Below, piece by piece: positions 9,602 through 20,158 of a stretch of 25,056 bases of DNA. Numbering within the stretch: position 1 is the first letter of the stretch; each line of letters begins with the position of its first letter. Both the position numbers and the translations under genes were made by a program. The stretch comes from Leptolyngbyaceae cyanobacterium (lineage in GTDB: Bacteria; Cyanobacteriota; Cyanobacteriia; Phormidesmidales; Phormidesmidaceae), in NCBI GenBank assembly GCA_965263355.1, contig CBDHHL010000030.1:1-25056 (forward strand), in the 5' to 3' direction. The notes beneath the pieces were generated by a model. That model searched no databases. It saw nothing but the letters and a program-made list of their open reading frames with translations, and was not told where the DNA came from.

Positions 9602-9829
9602 ATGGCCCAGGTCATTGTTGGTGAAAATGAAGGTATTGAGTCAGCGTTACGACGTTTTAAGCGTCAGGTATCGAGGGCAGATATCTTCTCAGATATAAAA
9701 AAGAAACGTTATTTTGAAACTCCTATTGAAAAAGCAAAGCGCAAGGCCATTTCCCGCCGTCGCAAGCGCCGCTTTAAGGCAAATTCTAATAATACTAATG
9801 CCAATGCTAATGCCAATGCTAGCACCTAA
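9602..9829 (+). CDS. rpsU: 30S ribosomal protein S21
   Basis: [41 protein letters not shown] is typical cyanobacterial S21. GGAG lies upstream of ATG 9602. Confidence 0.95.
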   Translation: MAQVIVGENEGIESALRRFKRQVSRADIFSDIKKKRYFETPIEKAKRKAISRRRKRRFKANSNNTNANANANAST

Positions 9830-9890
9830 GCATGTTGCCCATTGCTAAGGGCCTGACCTATGGAGGCTAAGTCCAGTTAAAAGCCCAACA

Positions 9891-9929
9891 GCTAAGGGGC
9901 GATGAAGTTAACCTTCATCGCCCCTTAGC
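9891..9929. terminator. 17-bp perfect hairpin downstream of rpsU
   Basis: GCTAAGGGGCGATGAAG-TTAAC-CTTCATCGCCCCTTAGC. Confidence 0.7.
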
Positions 9930-10203
9930 CATAAGTATAGCCTTAGCCTTTAAGCGGCCTTGCCAATAATAATGCCAACCTCTTGAGGTCAGGCGGTTTA
10001 GAAATATAGTTTTCTCATATGCCCTAACTGTACTGCGGTACGACACCCCTCAACCGTGCGTGAGATCACATATTTTTAAGTTTCGTATCACATGGGTTAG
10101 GTAAATCCTTGTAAATGCCGATAGCAGTAGGCGTTAGCCTTGATTACCAATGGTAGAAGAAATGCTAATGCAATTACTTCCCATAGCAAAGAGCGATCGC
10201 TTA

Positions 10204-10587
10204 TTAAGCCTCATAGAGTTCCAGGGGTAGTCCATCGGGGTCTTGAAAAAAGGTAAAGCGTTTGCCAGTTAATTCATCTAATCGCACGGGTTCAACGGCA
10301 ATGGCGTGGCGTTTGAGATGGGCGATATTCAAATCGAGGTTGTCAACGGCTAGGGCTAAATGGCGTAAACCACAGGCTTCGGGACGAGTGGGTCGAGCAG
10401 GAGGCTGGGGAAATGAAAATAGCTCTATTTGCCCATTACCCAGGCGTAAATCAAGCTTGTAGGATTGCCGCTGCTCACGCCAGGTTTCACAAATGATGTC
10501 AGCACCTAAGATATCAATGTAAAAGTGCTTGGACCGCTCATAGTTAGAGCAAATAATGGCGATATGGTGAATAGCTTTGATTTGCAT
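10204..10587 (-). CDS. VOC/glyoxalase I-like protein (YaeR family)
   Basis: IHHIAIICSNYERSKHFY, IELFSFP, GLRHLA, FFQDPDGLPLELYE. Confidence 0.92.
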   Translation of the reverse strand: MQIKAIHHIAIICSNYERSKHFYIDILGADIICETWREQRQSYKLDLRLGNGQIELFSFPQPPARPTRPEACGLRHLALAVDNLDLNIAHLKRHAIAVEPVRLDELTGKRFTFFQDPDGLPLELYEA

Positions 10588-10606
10588 GGGGATTGGGGTT
10601 GTGAAT

Positions 10607-10640
10607 TCTGTAGAGGTGTTCCATGGAACGCCTCTACAGA
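10607..10640. repeat. REP-like palindrome
   Basis: TCTGTAGAGGTGTTCCATGGAACGCCTCTACAGA, a palindrome with one mismatch and GTAG ends. Confidence 0.7.
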
Positions 10641-10915
10641 GGGAATTGAATAGGGATTGAATAACCTGTCCTTAATGACAGAAGGCATGTCAAGCCTGTT
10701 TCAGCGATTATTGTCAAAAGCTGACTTTAGAGCACCCCTATGGTCGAAGATGCGTTTTTGATGATTTTTTCAGTAGCAATTGACCATGCTTTTTTATGGG
10801 ATCCCCTGCTAAGTTAAAGGTGGCTTAAGAAATGCTCGGTGCATTTAATCGATTACAACTAACTTGGCAATTACCCCGACCCAGACGCGGTCGGGGTTTC
10901 ATTTTGCGGTAGTGT

Positions 10916-12040
10916 TTACGCCAGTTTGGCAGAGGCTTGTAACCACAGAGTAGTGTTGTTATCGATATGGTTAGGCTGTCCATCTTTGTCAAGGGCACTA
11001 AAAGTTTGCAGGTATTGCTGTAGCTGCGGTGGCAACTCTGGGAAATGAAATTGGGCATCGCCACCAGCCACTCCAGCCCAAAAGTCCCGTAGGATTGGGG
11101 CATACTGCTCTGCCTCAGACGGTGGTAAATGAAGCGGCTTACTGGTGAGCAGTTTCAGCATAAAGGGGAAAGACCGATCCCCCATCCATTGTTGGGAGGT
11201 TGCTTGTAAAGTGGGCCAACCGGGAACGGCTTCAATTCGATGGGAGATAATGTCTAGAAGATTGCCCTCGTCTGCCATGGTTAACTCACAGATGCGATAA
11301 GGGTGGGGATAACTGACCAGGGACCCTGTTGTTACTTCATAAAGCTGGTTTGCTTGAGCAATGTCTTGAATATGGAGATGGCCTGTAAACATCAGAGGCA
11401 CACCAGCGGCCTGCAGACGCTCGGTTAAATCTGTGGCGTTTTTAACCATGTAACGCTGTCCCATACGGCTACGGGATTGGCGGGGTAGATGTTCTAGGGC
11501 ATTGTGGTGCAGCATAACCAGGGTCAACTGATCGGTTAGCTGGGCCAGTTTCTGATCGAGCCAATCCAACTGCTCTGGGTCCAGATTTCCAGTGTAGAAA
11601 GGCTCACCATCGGGTTCAAAACCGTTGGAGTTAAGGCCAATCAAATGCAGGCCGTCTAAGATTTTATGGTGATAGTAGGGGCGGCTTGGCTCAGTGTAGC
11701 CAAAGGCCTGGTAGAGGTCGACAAATTCTTCGAGGGAAATGGTGCGATCGCACCCCCCACGCCTCACCACATCATGATTACCAGGGACCACGTACACCGG
11801 AAACGACAGCTGCTCCAAACGGCGGACTAACCATTGGTGGTTTTCCCGTTCACCATGCTGGACAAGGTCACCAGGCAACAGCAAAAAATCAATCCCCACC
11901 TGTTCCAAGTGATCTAAAATCTGTTCAAATGCTGGAATGCTAACTTCCACCAGATGAAATCGGTTAGGAGAATCCCACACAGTATGAGGTAAGGCAATGT
12001 GGAGGTCACTAACTATCGCAAAACGAGCCAAAAGCGTCAT
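10916..12040 (-). CDS. Calcineurin-like metallophosphoesterase
   Basis: SDLH, PGDL, PGNHD, LHH and GHLH motifs. ATG at 12040 preferred. Confidence 0.92.
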   Translation of the reverse strand: MTLLARFAIVSDLHIALPHTVWDSPNRFHLVEVSIPAFEQILDHLEQVGIDFLLLPGDLVQHGERENHQWLVRRLEQLSFPVYVVPGNHDVVRRGGCDRTISLEEFVDLYQAFGYTEPSRPYYHHKILDGLHLIGLNSNGFEPDGEPFYTGNLDPEQLDWLDQKLAQLTDQLTLVMLHHNALEHLPRQSRSRMGQRYMVKNATDLTERLQAAGVPLMFTGHLHIQDIAQANQLYEVTTGSLVSYPHPYRICELTMADEGNLLDIISHRIEAVPGWPTLQATSQQWMGDRSFPFMLKLLTSKPLHLPPSEAEQYAPILRDFWAGVAGGDAQFHFPELPPQLQQYLQTFSALDKDGQPNHIDNNTTLWLQASAKLA

Positions 12041-12273
12041 GGGAATTGATAGGCTAAATAAACAACACAAAGGCTCAATGAGTTTTGTAGAGCTTTGCTC
12101 TTCTAGCTTTGCTGAGTATTTTGAATTCTGTAGAGTTTTGCTTTTCTCAGTTAGCTGAGTACTTTAAAGTCAAAACCTAACTCAAAACATAGGCCCAAGG
12201 CCATACGCTTACGCGTACCAAAACTAAGACCAAAAACTTTTTTAGCCTAGTTCTATCATCGCTTGTTTCGACC

Positions 12274-12930
12274 ATGTCCCGTGTGCGCCAGCACGTTAAT
12301 CCCCTAAATATTCGCTACGCGACCCCTGTTACGCCACCCCTATGGACAGAGGTATATGCCCACCCCGAGCAGCCTTTACACATTGATATTGGCTGTGCCA
12401 AAGGCTATTTCATTAGCGATATGGCCCAAGTTTGCCCAAACTGGAATTTTCTTGGCTTGGAGATTCGAGAACCTTTGGTGGAGCAGGGGCTTAGACATCG
12501 CGACCAACTTGGCTTAAACAATCTGCATATTCTATTTTGCAATGCCAACAATTCCCTACGTCCCTTGCTGGCAAGTTTGCCCAACCCCCCCCAGCGTGTG
12601 AGCATTCAATTTCCAGATCCCTGGTTTAAAAAGCGGCATCAGAAGCGACGCGTTGTGCAACCACAATTAGTGGCAGATCTAGCCGACTTTATGCTCCCAG
12701 GGGCTTGGGTCTGGCTCCAGTCCGATGTAGAAACAGTTGCGAAGGAAATGGTTGAGGTGTTTTGTGTCAATTCCTCCTTCCAGCGGTCCTTTGAGCCACC
12801 CTACCCAGCTCCCCCAGACACTACTGGCCCTTGGCTGGCCGAAAACCCATTACCAGCCCAAACCGATCGTGAACGGGTCACCTTAACCCAGGGAAAACCC
12901 GTCTATCGAGCATTGTTTATCAAGGCCTAA
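12274..12930 (+). CDS. trmB: tRNA (guanine-N7)-methyltransferase
   Basis: RVRQHVNPL, DIGCAKG, GLEIR, QFPDPWFKKRHQKRR, QSD. Confidence 0.96.
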   Translation: MSRVRQHVNPLNIRYATPVTPPLWTEVYAHPEQPLHIDIGCAKGYFISDMAQVCPNWNFLGLEIREPLVEQGLRHRDQLGLNNLHILFCNANNSLRPLLASLPNPPQRVSIQFPDPWFKKRHQKRRVVQPQLVADLADFMLPGAWVWLQSDVETVAKEMVEVFCVNSSFQRSFEPPYPAPPDTTGPWLAENPLPAQTDRERVTLTQGKPVYRALFIKA

Positions 12931-12931
12931 T

Positions 12932-12969
12932 CCCTTATGGAGACGTGCCATGGCACGTCTCCATAAGGG
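12932..12969. terminator. Perfect 38-bp palindrome (REP-like), probable bidirectional terminator
   Basis: CCCTTATGGAGACGTGCCATGGCACGTCTCCATAAGGG between convergent genes. Confidence 0.7.
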
Positions 12970-12979
12970 GAAATCCAGC

Positions 12980-13462
12980 CTACTCCGTAACCGTCAGGTC
13001 GTAACGCAGACGACCTTCTTGCTCAAAGGACCCCACCCAAAGTTTATAAGTACCTTTAGCAAAGGTGTCTTGAATGACAGCATCCCGATTGCTACGACTG
13101 GCATTGTCGCTACAGCGAATAGTGCCGTTATTCGGGCCTTGAATCAGCAATGTTGTATCCGCACCACCACTATCTATGGCAATGGTTAGCTGAGTAAAGT
13201 CTTCTTCTAACGTCAAGACATGATCGGGGGTACGGTCACCATACCCCAGACAAAATTCACCACTGCTGTCACGACTGGCAATGTTCGATAGGCTGTAGGT
13301 TCCTACAGTTTCGCCATTGGCTTGGCTAGACGTAAAGCCCAATGCCAGACGCATATCACTAGAGGCTTGGGCAGCGGTAGCTAATAGTAAGGGCAAAGCA
13401 ACACCAAACAGCTTAAAGGCTGTTGATTGAACAGTTGACTTGAAAACGGTTGACTTAAACAT
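12980..13462 (-). CDS. Secreted hypothetical protein (PPC/pre-peptidase C-terminal-like beta domain)
   Basis: Signal peptide ending AQA; PDHVLTL, DTTLLIQGP, RCSD, GTYKLWVGSF. GAGGT upstream of ATG 13462. Confidence 0.75.
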   Translation of the reverse strand: MFKSTVFKSTVQSTAFKLFGVALPLLLATAAQASSDMRLALGFTSSQANGETVGTYSLSNIASRDSSGEFCLGYGDRTPDHVLTLEEDFTQLTIAIDSGGADTTLLIQGPNNGTIRCSDNASRSNRDAVIQDTFAKGTYKLWVGSFEQEGRLRYDLTVTE

Positions 13463-13759
13463 GGTCACACCTCAGGAGCACACAGGCAGGAAGTTTACAA
13501 AAGGCTTTTGTAGCAAACATCCAGAATGTAAAGACGTTTCACCTCCTGTTGATTAGCAGATTAGAATTACTTCTATCCTAATCAATGGAAGACTATAGTT
13601 AACTATTTTTAGCGTCCTCACTTGTCTACAATATCTCTTTAAAGAAGACTGAATGCAGCGACAATGACGCTTTTCAAAACTGGTACAAACCTTGCAGGCT
13701 CAGGATAAATCTCAAGAATCTTATCTTTAGTTTAGAAAAAGCTTATTAAAGCAATGTTT

Positions 13760-13827
13760 TATAGCGGTTCCCAGTTAAGATGACTACATTCTGGCGATGT
13801 ACGTGAGTAGGGTGGGCAACGCCCACC
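13760..13827. repeat. Short dispersed repeat plus REP-like hairpin
   Basis: TATAGCGGTTCCCAGTTAAGATGACTACA (13760-13788) resembles a common cyanobacterial dispersed repeat. GTAG-GGTGGGC-AAC-GCCCACC (13807-13827) is a GTAG-type REP hairpin. Confidence 0.55.
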
Positions 13828-13882
13828 GTTCAGTGAGTGGTAGTACGCATAAGCGTATGGTCCTCGGCCTTTTTGGGTATAT

Positions 13883-14638
13883 TCAATCCGTCTGAGAAAC
13901 CCGTTGGAAATGGAAGGCATACCCCTTAATCTCTTTGCACTCTGGTAGCCGGTAGGTCAATTGTTTACTGGTTGTTTTACCCAAACTGACTAAAGACTCT
14001 GCCATTTTGACGGCAGCGGCAACAGCATCAATAACTGGCACACCTAGACAGTCTTCTAACTGTTGTTCTAAACCACTCATACCAGCACAACCCAGACAAA
14101 TAGCTTCCGCTCCATCCTGTTGGATAGCCAGCTGGCTAGCTTCGATCAACACATTTAGTGTGGCCATCCGATCCTGTTCTGTGTCTAAGACAGACAGTTT
14201 TGTGGTACGAACAGAAGCACATCGGTCTGTAAAACCTGTTTTTTGGATTGTTTTTTCTACCATGTCCCGTACGCGATGGAGTGTGGTAACCACACTCCAT
14301 TTAGCAGCTACCATGTTAGCGACATAGAGACTGGCCTCAGCAATGCCCACCACTGGTTTGGACGTAATCTCGCGAGCAGCTTCAATACCAGGGTCTCCCC
14401 AACAGGCCAGAATAAAGGCATCAGAATTAGTATCAAGAATAATTTGTTCTAAAATACTGGGAATAGCTAGATATTCGTCATAGAAACTCTCAATGGATTC
14501 CGGTCCTGCTTGGGGTTGTACAGTCGTAATTTCGGTGTGAGGAAATTTAACCGCCTGGGCCGAGGCATTGATATTAGCCGTCATCGGCTGGCACGTGTTG
14601 CCGTTGATAATTTTTATATGACAGGTTGGTTGAGGCAT
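13883..14638 (-). CDS. Asp/Glu/hydantoin racemase family protein (hydantoin/allantoin racemase-like)
   Basis: IKIINGNT, GPESIE, ACWGDPG and CLGCAGM with two catalytic Cys. Confidence 0.9.
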   Translation of the reverse strand: MPQPTCHIKIINGNTCQPMTANINASAQAVKFPHTEITTVQPQAGPESIESFYDEYLAIPSILEQIILDTNSDAFILACWGDPGIEAAREITSKPVVGIAEASLYVANMVAAKWSVVTTLHRVRDMVEKTIQKTGFTDRCASVRTTKLSVLDTEQDRMATLNVLIEASQLAIQQDGAEAICLGCAGMSGLEQQLEDCLGVPVIDAVAAAVKMAESLVSLGKTTSKQLTYRLPECKEIKGYAFHFQRVSQTD

Positions 14639-14703
14639 GGTCTTGGAAAGCTAGAACAGGCCTATGCTCCCATGCCAGTTAACAAAAGACTTATTCTTAC
14701 TCG

Positions 14704-17097
14704 CTAATCTTTATCACTTGCGGCGATGTATCCCCAGCTATAGGCCGTTGGTCCAATGGACTGGTGCACTGTAAATTCAGTTACCGGCACATAGTAGTAG
14801 GAATCAAAATAGGCCTCGGCTGTAGGCCATTCCCAAGGGCTAGGACTCATTTCCTTGGCAAACTTTTTAATCGCTGCTTCCCACTTACCCGCATGACCAT
14901 TGGGGTTTTGCACATCCATGGGGCCATAGACGGTAATTCCAGGTGGGGGTTCTTGCCCAGATGCACGCATATCTGCCATTAAGGGCATTTGAGGATTTCG
15001 GTACCCTAAACCGATGGTGTACATCATATTGCTAGGGTTGGCACCCGCAGCAAATTGAGTGGCTAAAATGCCTGCCCGTAAATAAGCTTCGTCCCCAGTC
15101 AGGGTATGGGCATGGAACAGGGCGCGAGTTTTGGGAGTAGTCATAGAGCCCCAACCAATGGCACTTTTAGGATCTGCATTCCACTTAAAGCCAGTGCTCT
15201 CGATAGTTTCAATGTCACGTTTGGCAGCTTTGACAATAGCGTTGATCCCGTTTTGCTGAACTGTCTGATCGACTGACCGTTGGGTGCGCGCATAGACAAA
15301 TGCACTATGGCTTTGGTCATAGTAGCTGTGGGGTGATACGGATGCATTCGCATCCTTAAACGCTGTTGTATTTAGAAAGAGTTGATGCCATTTATCATTA
15401 CCGGTTAGCCGATATAGCTCCGCAGCCGCCAAATTTCGCTGCGAATCAACAATTTGGTGTTGTTTGTCTGTGGTTTTAGCCAGCTCGGCCTCGGCCCAGT
15501 CCATGGCTCGAATTGCACTTTCTTGATAGGTTTGGGCTAAGGCTTTGTCGTAATTCTCTAATACATAGGCAGCGCGAGCAGCTACATTGGCGTAGAAAAA
15601 GCTAGACCAAATGCCTGGACCATAGGCCATAACTGTGAGAGATTCTTGCCAGCTGCCTTGGGGCTTAATGGGATGCTCTGCAGATTCAATTCCCCCTGGA
15701 ATGCCCCCGTCTTTGGTTTGTAGACGGCGGAATACATCCAGACCCCATAGGGCTTCATCCAGAATATCGGGTAAGTTATTACTGGATTCCGGTAGATTTA
15801 GCTTGATAGCATCGAAATACTCTGGATGGAGTTCTACTAATTCTAAAAACGACCGACTCACATGCAGGTGAGAAATACGACGATCCCAATCCCCGGCATC
15901 CATCCATCCACCCCAGGCATTGGAAAGTTCCTCATCAGTACGAGTATTGACCAGAGCTTCAAAGGCATTCAGCCCATCCCGATAGTTAAACCCCATACGG
16001 GTATCCATCAATGGCACCGTGGACTGATAGATCACCATGCCGTCTTCAGGGTGAAATGGACGGAGCCGTTGGTAATCGGTGTAGGGCTGCTCTAGGGCAA
16101 TGCCACTGCGCTGATGGTACATGCCTCGGGCTGACACATAGAAGCCATCACGCCAGGTATTTTCGCCAATTTCAAATTCGTAGGATGTGCCTACGCCATC
16201 GACATAAATACGATACTGACCGGGAACCGAAAATTCACTAAAGTCCATCATGAAGACATCGGTTTGATGATGGTTTCTATCCTGTCGATCCCTATAGTCT
16301 TTTGACTGCGATAGGATAGTCTTACCTGCGTAGACTTTTTCATCCGTTGCTGCATCCATTAGCCAGAAAGGTTTGCCGGTTTCATAATCCAGGCCACCCC
16401 CATTGCCCATCCAGGTGGACAAAAAGGCAACTTTGGCTGGATCATCAGGATCAAAACCCAGGTGGGAGATTTGTACAGCCTCACTGCGAGTTTGTTCAGG
16501 CTTATAAACAAACGTCATGTCGTTTAGGCCCTTTTTGCCAAAGCTAATTCGATAGGTTTCGCCAATAGTTAGCTTTTCGGGCAGTTCTAGGTATAGGGTA
16601 TGCACCATGGGCCATTCGAACTGCCAGGGACCGGTTTCAGCCATGGAACTGATATTGCTTTTACGGTAGATATTAATGGGAGTAATCTTAGTGCCATTGC
16701 TGGTCGTAATTTTGTAATGGCTGAGGACATCCACACAGTCGGTATTGAGTTTTGGTCCCACATATTGATCGGCTAACCAGATCATGTTGGGGGTATCTGG
16801 AACCAACTGGCCAAAAAATTTGCCCTGGCGCGATATCCAACCGTCTTTCTTAACCACATCCCCAGGTTCTGCTTCGTAAACGACTTGCTTACCACGGACC
16901 AGTTCACCCGTTTCTATCCGTAGCGCCAACATATTTTCACTTACGGTGTAAATATGGGTGCTCAAGAGGTTGGAGGAATCGACCTCTTGAGCAGAGGCGA
17001 GGTTAACAACGGCAGCCGGTTGAAAGCTAGAAAGTCTAGCATTGCATTGGCCAGCGTTAGTCCAACCAAGTAGAAAAGAGAGAAGATTTTCTAGCAT
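14704..17097 (-). CDS. Glycoside hydrolase family 9 with N-terminal Ig-like domain
   Basis: Ig-like region (QISHLGFDPDDPAKVA...DFSEFSVPGQY), YHQRSG, GGWMDAGDWD catalytic Asp motif and C-terminal EFTVHQ catalytic Glu. Confidence 0.9.
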   Translation of the reverse strand: MLENLLSFLLGWTNAGQCNARLSSFQPAAVVNLASAQEVDSSNLLSTHIYTVSENMLALRIETGELVRGKQVVYEAEPGDVVKKDGWISRQGKFFGQLVPDTPNMIWLADQYVGPKLNTDCVDVLSHYKITTSNGTKITPINIYRKSNISSMAETGPWQFEWPMVHTLYLELPEKLTIGETYRISFGKKGLNDMTFVYKPEQTRSEAVQISHLGFDPDDPAKVAFLSTWMGNGGGLDYETGKPFWLMDAATDEKVYAGKTILSQSKDYRDRQDRNHHQTDVFMMDFSEFSVPGQYRIYVDGVGTSYEFEIGENTWRDGFYVSARGMYHQRSGIALEQPYTDYQRLRPFHPEDGMVIYQSTVPLMDTRMGFNYRDGLNAFEALVNTRTDEELSNAWGGWMDAGDWDRRISHLHVSRSFLELVELHPEYFDAIKLNLPESSNNLPDILDEALWGLDVFRRLQTKDGGIPGGIESAEHPIKPQGSWQESLTVMAYGPGIWSSFFYANVAARAAYVLENYDKALAQTYQESAIRAMDWAEAELAKTTDKQHQIVDSQRNLAAAELYRLTGNDKWHQLFLNTTAFKDANASVSPHSYYDQSHSAFVYARTQRSVDQTVQQNGINAIVKAAKRDIETIESTGFKWNADPKSAIGWGSMTTPKTRALFHAHTLTGDEAYLRAGILATQFAAGANPSNMMYTIGLGYRNPQMPLMADMRASGQEPPPGITVYGPMDVQNPNGHAGKWEAAIKKFAKEMSPSPWEWPTAEAYFDSYYYVPVTEFTVHQSIGPTAYSWGYIAASDKD

Positions 17098-17349
17098 CTG
17101 GATACCGGGAAAGAAGTAGGAAAGTGGTATTTAGACGTTGCTCATGTCTAGGCCTAAGGTTTAATCCTAGAGAGCACTACACCTTGATTCTTAAACGTCT
17201 GTGCAAATGGTAGAAATGTTCCTTTAAGCAAACAAAATTGATAGTCGGATAAACCGTTACGATTACATTAATGTTTCTAATGTTTGCAGCTGTGTCCGGA
17301 ACAAAAGTTAACGCTCCGAGCGTACCTTGACAACTAGATAACCGTGTAG

Positions 17350-17530
17350 GTTAGAGTTAGCATCCTAGAATGCTCAAGTCCTACCCCCAAAGTGCATGGG
17401 GACAGCCTATTCCCCGCATAGCGACTGGCTATCAACGGGTGAAGCGGGAATAAAAGGCGGTAACCAGGGAGCCTCACTTGGAATCCCGTTGAGCACAAAG
17501 TATTTGACATTTGATAACCCATACATTGTA
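17350..17530 (+). ncRNA. ssrS: 6S RNA (cyanobacterial SsaA), boundaries approximate
   Basis: Motifs recalled from cyanobacterial 6S RNA in order: GAATGCTCAAG, CATAGCGACTGGC, GGTAA, CACTTGG. Long-range pairing TGCTCAA/TTGAGCA and TATTCCC/GGGAATA gives a rod with a central bubble. TTGACA at 17327. Confidence 0.72.
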
Positions 17531-17765
17531 TGAACATCAGTGAAATGTAGGCTTTGACTTTCTGGGATTCCCGGTTCGACAATATCGAATTGGGAAGAAC
17601 CAATCAAGGTCTCATCAAGGATTCAAAACGCTGATTACTCCCAGTCGGCAAAACCTCAAACGTCACCTAAGGCAGATTAGGTCTATTATCCATACTCACC
17701 AAGCATCTCCACTGCCCCTAGCCTCATGTCTGTCATTTTTTATGTCACAACGTATCTGAATTCGC

Positions 17766-20158
17766 TCAGATGTTTAATGCAGCCTCTACCCTATTAATCC
17801 AACTCTGTAATGCCTGAGTATTGGGATGATTTGAACCTAACGTTGTTTGGTAGATCGGCAATGCCTGCAACAGTAATGACTGAGCCGCCTCATATTGGCC
17901 CTGCTGATATCGTAATACCCCAAGGTTAAAGAGGCTAGTGGCCACAGAGGGATGCTCGTCGCCCAACACGCGTTTTCTCATCGCCAGGGCCTCTTGGTAA
18001 GAGCGGTTCAGCCTCTGAGTAGCGCCCTTGATTGTCGTAGAGCCCTGCCAGATTGTTGAGGCTAGTGGCCACATCGGGATGCTCGTCGCCCAACACGCGT
18101 TTGCTCATCGCCAGGGCCTCTTGGTAGAGCGGTTCAGCCTCTGAGTAGCGCCCTTGATTGTCGTAGAGCCCTGCCAGATTGTTGAGGCTAGTGGCCACAT
18201 AGGGATGCTCGTCGCCCAACACGCGTTTGCTCATCGCCAGGGCCTCTTGGTAGAGCGGTTCAGCCTCTGAGTAGCGCCCTTGATTGTTGTAGAGCCCTGC
18301 CAGATTGTTGAGGCTAGTGGCCACATCGGGATGCTCGTCGCCCAACACGCGTTTGCTCATCGCCAGGGCCTCTTGGTAGAGCGGTTCAGCCTCTGAGTAG
18401 CGCCCTTGATTTTCGTAGAGCAAGGCCAGATTGTTGAGGCTTTGTGGCCACATCGGGATGCTCGTCGCCCAACACGCGTTTTCTCATCGCCAGGGCCTCT
18501 TGGTAGAGCGGTTCAGCCTCTGAGTAGCGCCCTTGATTGTCGTAGAGCAAGGCCAGATTGTTGAGGCTAGTGGCCACATAGGGATGCTCGTCGCCCAACC
18601 CGCGTTTTCTCATCGCCAGGGCCTCTTGGTAGAGCGGTTCAGCCTCTGAGTAGCGCCCTTGATTGTAGTAGAGCCCTGCCAGATTGTTGAGGCTAGTGGC
18701 CACAGAGGGATGCTCGTCGCCCAACACGCGTTTTCTCATCGCCAGGGCCTCTTGGTAGAGCGGTTCAGCCTCTGAGTAGCGCCCTTGATTGTCGTAGAGC
18801 AAGGCCAGATTGTTGAGGCTACTGGCCACATCGGGATGCTCGTCGCCCAACCGCTCACGCGCCATGGTTAGACAAAATTTACGCCAAGTCTCAGCTTGAG
18901 CATAGAGCCCTTGACCTTCATAAAAGCGACCGAGACCAATGTAGGGCCAGACCAAATTGTCATCGCTTAGGTGAGCGTTCCACTGATGAATCACTTCAGC
19001 CATATGGGGAGTCAGGTCACTCCAGGCTAACCACTGAGACTGTGTCGGTGTCTCATCCAGCTCTTGAGCCGCTGCCACCATGGTTTGACAGTAGGTCGCT
19101 ATCAACGATGATGATTCCGACACCTTAGTCCGAATAAACCGTTGAATCAACTGATGGTATTGATAGCGCTTTTCCTCTACTCGGCGTATTACACTCAAGC
19201 GTAGTAATTCATCATCCCGTTGTTCCTCCAGGTCTTCGGCATCCACGTCTGGGAAACACGCCTCAACACGGTCCCAGGAAATCGGAGCGAGTGCAAAACA
19301 GCTCAACAAACAGGCCAATGTCTGAGCCTCGTCGCTGAGGGCTTGCCAGCTTAATTCAAAGGCACTGGCTACCCCTAAGGGATTCGTCATCCCCGATTCT
19401 GCGTTGACTAACGCACGGGCTGCAAACGCTTGAGCCTTTAGCCGTCGTTGCATCTCTACCAGGGAGAGATCCGGTTTTCGCGCCAGATACCGCCCGACTA
19501 ACTCCAAAGCTAAGGGTAAATATCCCAGCCAGTTACACAGAGCCTTTGCCTGCCCCAACTCCGCTTCAATGCGGGTTGCCCCCACCAATTGTTTAAGCAA
19601 GTCCAGCGCAGCAGGTTCTTCAAGGACCTCAATATTGACTGAGGTCACGTTAGTCGCTAGATGCTGTCGTCGGGTGGTGAGCAGTAGGGTAAACCGTTTA
19701 TTGGTCGGTAAATAGGGGGCAATGGCTTCATAGTGTGTGACATCATCCACCACGATGAGTACTGAAGCGGGTGACTCTACCTCAGAAAACTGGGGCCATT
19801 GATTCCAGCAATAGGCAATTCTGGCGTTTAATGGCAGCTCGTCAGACGGATTTAGGTCTAAGTACCCAGCCGCAAACGCCAGTATCTGAGGGGCAATGTC
19901 CTGGTCCCGCGATTCCAGCCAGCACACCCCACCGGGATAATCAGAGTCTTCATAGGCTCTCACATACTGCAGGGCCAGCTCTGTTTTGCCGATGCCGCCC
20001 ATGCCCACCACAGCCGTAATCGCTACCTGGTGAGACTGCTGTAGTTGGTTATGCAGCCGCTGTAAATCAGACTCCCGACCCACAAAGTGTCGGGTGCCCT
20101 TTAGAGGCGTGTTATTAGGGGGCGTTAGCTTTGTCCGTGCCCGCTCAGACGACTCTAG
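17766..20158 (-). CDS. NB-ARC + TPR (NLR-like STAND) protein, copy B; two apparent frameshifts in the repeat array; true start unresolved
   Basis: FVGRE, Walker A GMGGIGKT, Walker B LIVVDDV, GYLPLAL, YHQL, then 42-aa TPRs. The frame is open from 20158. ORFs 18386..20083, 17935..18453 and 17766..18074 are pieces of one gene. Confidence 0.88.
17935..18860 (-). repeat. Near-identical 126-bp TPR tandem array (8 GDEHP motifs)
   Basis: GGGATGCTCGTCGCCCAAC at 17949, 18076, 18202, 18328, 18455, 18581, 18707, 18833. Confidence 0.95.

Noticed and set aside
17334..17607. Minus-strand ORFs 17334..17603 and 17407..17607; also considered tracrRNA, riboswitch or group II intron fragment
   Set aside because: They overlap a structured RNA whose motifs best match cyanobacterial 6S RNA, and no cas12k, tnpB or RT is adjacent.
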